In this document: piece after piece, positions 63,601-64,000 of the stretch
Position numbering within the stretch: position 1 is the first letter of the stretch
How the letters are laid out: each line of letters begins with the position of its first letter
From: Antedon mediterranea
Lineage: Eukaryota > Animalia > Echinodermata
Assembly: GCF_964355755.1 (NCBI RefSeq)
Contig: NC_092671.1
Span: 12,524,001 to 12,588,000 of the forward strand
Reading direction: 5' to 3'
DNA length: 64,000 bases
Notes under the pieces: generated by a model
The model's database searches: none
The model's input: only the letters and a program-made list of their open reading frames with translations
Told to the model about the DNA's origin: nothing
Made by a program: the position numbers and the translations under genes

Positions 63601-63986
63601 ACAAGAGGTTATCAAAGAAGAATTTAAACCAGCTGAAGTTGCACCAATGACAGAAGCAACACCTGTACTAGTGGCAGATACAGCTACTATACAAGAGACT
63701 TTTCCAGTGGTTCCACTTCCTGTCTTCAGTCTAGAACTCTTAGATCAGGTTGCAGTTGAAGGATCGCCTGTTGTATTTGAAGTGAGGTTTACTGGTGACA
63801 ACACAGTAAGGTGGTTGAAAGACGGTGAGGATGCGCATTCCAATCCAGACTTTACCATCAAGGTGACCGAAACCTACAGTACGCTTACAATTCTGGAGTC
63901 ATTCACTGATGATGCTGGTGTGTACACAGTTGAACTCAGTAATGTGACAGGAACTGTTAGAAGTGCAGCTGAACTCTTCATAAAAG
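219..63986 (+). CDS. TTN: Giant multi-exon titin/sallimus-like gene (partial at both ends): SESTD1-like spectrin repeats + CCDC141-like rod + tandem I-set Ig + titin Z-disc Ig region
   Basis: About 70 exons bounded by AG/GT whose phases chain into one stop-free frame from 219 to 63986. Spectrin-like helical repeats (W...GD...H...L) occupy the 5' half and I-set Ig motifs (P.F...L....V.EG....F.C...G.P.P...W.K.......D.G.Y.C.A.N..G) the 3' half. Confidence 0.9.
764..947. mobile_element. PIF/Harbinger-type MITE
   Basis: Imperfect TIRs AGCGTGGTTCACACTAG / CTAGTGGTAACGAAGCT flanked by TAA/TTA, with GCAAC subterminal repeats. Confidence 0.6.
4040..4093 (-). mobile_element. tRNA-derived SINE-like head fragment (same family as 37439)
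   Basis: Reverse complement agcctcggtgacctaaaggtataaatgccgggctagtgatctgg matches the copy at 37439. Confidence 0.5.
4360..4801 (+). CDS. Low-complexity linker exon joining the SESTD1-like and CCDC141-like parts
   Basis: tttgacag acceptor (phase 2, matches exon ending 3694) and GAG|gtaagt donor (phase 0, matches exon 8809). S/P/T-rich with an internal 23-aa duplication, ending in a helix-A-like MRILKEFEAEIDE. Confidence 0.8.
5582..5635 (+). promoter_or_regulatory. Candidate core promoter of the CCDC141-type isoform
   Basis: TATAGAA at 5582 and Inr-like CCAGT/TCAGTA at about 5620-5634, 130-190 nt upstream of ATG 5768, in a locally GC-richer island. Confidence 0.3.
5768..5851 (+). CDS. CCDC141: Alternative first coding exon giving a CCDC141-type N-terminus (MAAPGGVTAISTVAVQSGEARIILAVLR)
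   Basis: aggATGG Kozak context, 28 codons, AGA|gtaagt phase-0 donor compatible with exon 8809. Resembles the remembered human CCDC141 start TTVSSVAVQAGDSKIVIAVIK. Not shown in the ORF track. Confidence 0.85.
8809..24782 (+). CDS. CCDC141: CCDC141-like spectrin/coiled-coil rod, 19 exons
   Basis: Exons 8809-8931, 10684-10875, 10954-11062, 14003-14250, 15339-15449, 16094-16285, 16537-16725, 16881-17093, 17444-17635, 17917-18087, 18495-18674, 18774-18896, 19180-19368, 19575-19751, 20053-20202, 20968-21090, 22712-22903, 23616-23799, 24367-24782. DVYEAMAQSLGEAWQDL, LESLQDRRR and KWYNDG...QESRL...KQLY match remembered CCDC141 QVYDAMAETLGEAWAAL, LELLQDRRR and FWYEDA...QEERI...QHLY. Confidence 0.85.
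11551..13933 (+). mobile_element. 5'-truncated non-LTR retrotransposon (CR1/L2-group LINE), 3' UTR interrupted by a Helitron
   Basis: ORF 11608-12357 is the RT C-terminal region (WCDVNKLTINSKKT, YIGVDIDNRLTWKVH, LLYNCFILPHI, KLWNEIP), with the frame open from about 11551, just after the expected YADD motif. Ends in AATAAA plus a (GAAA)n tail at 13913-13934. AGGTTTA flanks both ends (11547-11553, 13934-13940) as a likely TSD. Confidence 0.85.
12440..13743 (+). mobile_element. Non-autonomous Helitron
   Basis: 5' TCTATATATA at 12440, 3' GC-rich hairpin ctagagggggagcgagcgaagcgagctcaccct then CTAG ending 13743. Inserted between A (12439) and T (13744) with no TSD. Confidence 0.8.
14295..15039 (-). 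mobile_element. Helitron-like element (3' end clear, 5' end uncertain)
   Basis: On the minus strand, hairpin acccgccc-tg-gggcgggt (14306-14323) is followed by CTAG|T at 14298-14294. The far boundary is only a guess at an A|TC near 15039. Confidence 0.5.
18207..18358. mobile_element. Harbinger-type MITE family copy (TIR AGCTCTGTCTACACTATCAAACT)
   Basis: ctctgtctacactatcaaact ... agtttgatagtgtaaac, with an internal body shared with the other copies. Confidence 0.75.
19376..19520. mobile_element. Tc1/mariner-type MITE remnant
   Basis: caatagaa...ttctactg|ta ends with ggggacacctctattaa body, similar to 52528-52650. Confidence 0.45.
20345..20554 (+). mobile_element. Penelope-like element pLTR fragment
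   Basis: ATTGG and TATATAAG (20421-20433) followed by a minimal hammerhead core, inserted inside a MITE. Confidence 0.65.
20451..20494 (+). ncRNA. Minimal type I hammerhead ribozyme motif
   Basis: CTGATGA (20457-20463), T, stem II GAGAA-tagc-TTCTC, GAAA (20479-20482), CATGTC with palindromic ACATGT and a GUC cleavage triplet. Stem I is weak. Confidence 0.7.
22140..22550 (+). mobile_element. LINE 3' UTR/tail relics (two adjacent)
   Basis: T-rich UTR-like tracts ending in AATAAA plus short tandem tails (aaataaatgaaatga at about 22336; aataaaagaataaaga at about 22535). Confidence 0.4.
23880..24107 (+). mobile_element. LINE 3' UTR relic with stem-loop
   Basis: Inverted repeat ttgaggagccta...taggctcctcaa (24015-24061) followed by a gaaataaaat tandem tail. 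Confidence 0.5.
25095..40134 (+). CDS. Block of 13 I-set Ig domains between the CCDC141-like rod and titin Z1
   Basis: Exons 25095-25338, 25681-25902, 32629-32743, 32983-33161, 33296-33583, 33862-34149, 34468-34755, 34987-35274, 35400-35687, 35854-36150, 36243-36415, 36528-36670, 37024-37162, 37552-37744, 38031-38149, 38279-38459, 39048-39208, 39358-39487, 39859-40134. All carry I-set signatures and compatible phases. Confidence 0.9.
26357..27682 (-). CDS. Nested intronless type I membrane Ig-like receptor, copy A (441 aa, long tail with YENV and ITIM IHYHVL)
   Basis: Uninterrupted ORF. ATG at 27682 (aaaATG, shared with the paralogues), signal peptide MTRIVLLNCIIFMMVSYVFA, Cys-paired Ig-like domains (EGEQVTFNC..W..FFC; FKC..W..YTLKC), TM IVLSVTTSILAVVVIVLLYFL followed by KRK, and a tyrosine-motif tail. 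Confidence 0.85.
   Translation of the reverse strand: MTRIVLLNCIIFMMVSYVFAQDFVLWTEDAEKRDSQPIRLIQLNQTFQLISNWQMADKSKSQYTIYAEKASTQSLNEVKCHHFISYNKEDDKGIHICADENNEHTLVSTDDISKTVRLPKYKCYGLRENLIEGEQVTFNCIRNFTASAERNVTSGWVQRNYSISQTYNVDQNQSVLYFNQTVEGFYSGDGIFFFCVTSQTFGKWCYTSILKIHPKLQVDIKTFGTRNDCGQHCCFKCLAEGGSDDKAHNWTLNGGLTNRNGHHNRERCFYQLPAGHYTLKCEVSTDAQNVFDLVTFTVADKDDNKKNSKPTLTTIVLSVTTSILAVVVIVLLYFLKRKHGNNQQSEINFPRNTDTIARGTSNIPQNNTEAQDQYENVNLNTGNGNHYKVTNIISEMERHTERRSRDVVTDEQCNANQIIEIEEPQSSTDGKNIHYHVLEKD
28616..29713 (-). CDS. Nested intronless type I membrane Ig-like receptor, copy B (365 aa, short tail)
   Basis: Uninterrupted ORF paralogous to copy A: signal peptide, same Cys pattern, TM LVLLLVSIIVGILIVVILILIYLL followed by RKK, tail ending VHYQC...EEIYNK. 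Confidence 0.85.
   Translation of the reverse strand: MTRIVLLNCIIFVMVSHVFAQDFVFWKEGKEKRDSQPIRLIQLNQTFQLISNLADKNKSQYTIYAEKASTQSLNEVKCHHFISYNKEDDKGIHICADENNEHTLISTGTISKGVHLPKHRCYGLKMPLIEGEQVTFNCIRNFTTSAHRNVTSGWVQRNYSISQTYNVDQNQSVLYFNQTVEGFYSGDGIIFHCVTSQTFGKWCYTSILKVHPKLQVDIKTFGTRNDCGQHCCFKCLAEGGSGVKVHNWTLNGSLTNTNGHHNRERCFYQLPAGHYSLKCEVSTDAQKVLSLLTFTISDKTTANKDKLATIKLVLLLVSIIVGILIVVILILIYLLRKKHVNSQQATVHYQCTPTVRIDNEEIYNK
30774..31892 (-). CDS. Nested intronless type I membrane Ig-like receptor, copy C (372 aa from MTRIV, short tail)
   Basis: Uninterrupted ORF paralogous to A and B. An in-frame upstream ATG at 31910 is also possible. TM and tail are nearly identical to copy B. Confidence 0.85.
   Translation of the reverse strand: MTRIVLLNCIIFVMVRHVFAQDFVFWKEDREKRDSKPIRLIKLNQTFQLISNWQMADKSKIQYTIYAEKASTQSLNKVKCHHFISYNKEDDKGIHICADENNEHTLISTDNISKGVQLPKYKCYGLKKNLIEGEQVTFNCKRNFYSSAERNVTSGWVQRNYSISQTYNVEVNQHVLYFNQTVEGFYSGDGIFFFCVARKGIRKWCYTSILKIHPKLQVNIKKFEMPDNDCGQHCCFKCHAEGGSGDKVFNWTLNNGLTNRNGHHNRERCFYQLPAGQYTLKCGVRTDAQNVFDLVTFTISDKTTENKDKLVTIKLLLLLVSIIVGILIVVILILIYLLRKKHVNNQHATVHYQRNSQGTPNIQIDNEEIYNK
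37439..37506 (+). mobile_element. tRNA-derived SINE-like head
   Basis: A-box-like TGGACTAGAGG and B-box GGTTCGAGT, no complete cloverleaf. A second copy lies at 4040. Confidence 0.55.
38742..38943. mobile_element. MITE with CAG termini (hAT-like)
   Basis: Perfect 15-bp TIRs CAGGCCTTGTCTTTT / AAAAGACAAGGCCTG and an internal direct repeat. TSD not recognisable. Confidence 0.65.
40216..40425. mobile_element. PIF/Harbinger-type MITE
   Basis: TIRs AGCCTGTTTTGCAGTCGACGTTGAGTT / AACTCAATGTCGACTGGAAAACAGGCT with TAA target duplication. Confidence 0.8.
41390..41429 (+). CDS. 40-nt microexon (EETRKEIEYETIER) bridging phase 1 to phase 2
   Basis: tttatccacag acceptor and AAG|gtaact donor. It is the only candidate I found that restores the frame between the exon ending 40134 (phase 1) and the exon starting 48273 (phase 2). 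Confidence 0.75.
42447..42582. mobile_element. Harbinger-type MITE, complete copy
   Basis: TIRs AGCTCTGTTCACACTATCAAACT / AGTTTGATAGTGTAGACAGAGCT with TTA TSD (42444-42446, 42583-42585). Confidence 0.85.
43175..43415 (+). promoter_or_regulatory. Candidate internal muscle promoter and non-coding exon for a titin-proper isoform
   Basis: E-boxes CAGGTG (43175) and CATCTG (43260), perfect CArG CCAATTATGG (43243-43252), Inr-like TCACTT (43285) and AAG|gtaggt donor at 43415, in a GC-richer island. Confidence 0.45.
44501..45097 (-). mobile_element. Helentron-associated non-autonomous element (HINE/DINE-1-like)
   Basis: Terminal hairpin acctccttggcggaggt, (CA)n microsatellite 45016-45060, internal direct repeat of about 138 bp, subterminal cctccgcc, second hairpin gtactccgagagtac and CTAG end. 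Confidence 0.75.
46090..47638 (-). mobile_element. Second Helentron-associated element
   Basis: Terminal hairpin ggttatcctgcaacttcgttgcagataacc (47607-47636) beside a GAA/GAT microsatellite. The other end has ACTAG, hairpin tcgtca-ctt-tgacga and subterminal ggttatc. Internal direct repeats of about 355 bp (gatgacgtca blocks). Confidence 0.7.
48273..63986 (+). CDS. TTN: Titin Z-disc region (Ig Z1-Z9 equivalents plus next Ig)
   Basis: Exons 48273-48415, 51036-51233, 54361-54648, 54957-55474, 55725-55983, 56154-56211, 56367-56531, 56650-56792, 56941-57092, 57379-57483, 57666-57773, 58519-58626, 59484-59717, 59824-60065, 60366-60579, 60754-60886, 61070-61430, 61548-61771, 61986-62129, 62428-62515, 62791-62971, 63114-63297, 63495-63986. 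Diagnostic peptides FEAHVTG, GYRF..HNEQTGKC, DSAWYSCTALNSAGR..RQLVIPK, SPSGDPTLKVEW, ETQLPE and DGLHHLEI..REDF occur in the same order as in remembered human titin Z1-Z9. Confidence 0.88.
48425..50476. mobile_element. Foldback-type non-autonomous DNA transposon with TGT...ACA ends (Ginger-like)
   Basis: Inverted arms of about 600 bp starting TGTTGAACCCACAAATG and ending CATTTGTGGGTTCAACA, 5-bp TSD GATAT (48420-48424, 50477-50481). Arms begin with about 12 tandem CCACAAATGTGAAAAC units. Confidence 0.85.
50736..50843. mobile_element. Harbinger-type MITE copy (internally deleted)
   Basis: ctctgtctacactatcaaact ... agtttgatattgtagacag. Confidence 0.7.
52381..52650. mobile_element. Two adjacent TA-flanked Tc1/mariner-type MITEs (52381-52492 and 52528-52650)
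   Basis: ta|CCGTACT...AGTACGG|ta and ta|CAGTAGA...TCTACTG|ta. Confidence 0.55.
56798..56905. mobile_element. Harbinger-type MITE copy (reverse orientation, degenerate)
   Basis: tctacactatcaaacta TIR a few nt after a splice donor. Body gtgcccaaatttggtagtgatatgacatcatcatg is the reverse complement of the family body. Confidence 0.7.
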
Positions 63987-64000
63987 GTATCTTGCTGGTC

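Overview
AT-rich eukaryotic (invertebrate, probably deuterostome/echinoderm-like) DNA, not prokaryotic. Almost the whole window is one giant + strand multi-exon muscle gene (about 70 GT-AG exons, open at both ends). With consistent splice phases it reads: C-terminal half of SESTD1 (spectrin-like repeats, 219-3694), a linker exon, a CCDC141-like spectrin/coiled-coil rod (8809-24782), 13 I-set Ig domains, a 40-nt phase-bridging microexon, then Ig domains colinear with titin Z1-Z9 (48273-63986). The three adjacent vertebrate genes SESTD1-CCDC141-TTN therefore appear here as one spliceable ORF. Candidate internal starts lie where the vertebrate genes begin: a CCDC141-type first exon at 5768 and a titin-type ATG at 48322 with an upstream CArG element. 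Nested antisense in one intron (25903-32628) is a tandem cluster of three intronless type I membrane Ig-like receptor genes, with mosaic ectodomains and swapped cytoplasmic tails (ITIM versus non-ITIM). Introns also hold a truncated LINE carrying a Helitron, Helentron-type elements, a Ginger-like foldback element, Harbinger/Tc1 MITEs and a Penelope fragment with a minimal hammerhead ribozyme. Homology calls rest on remembered reference sequences, not database searches.
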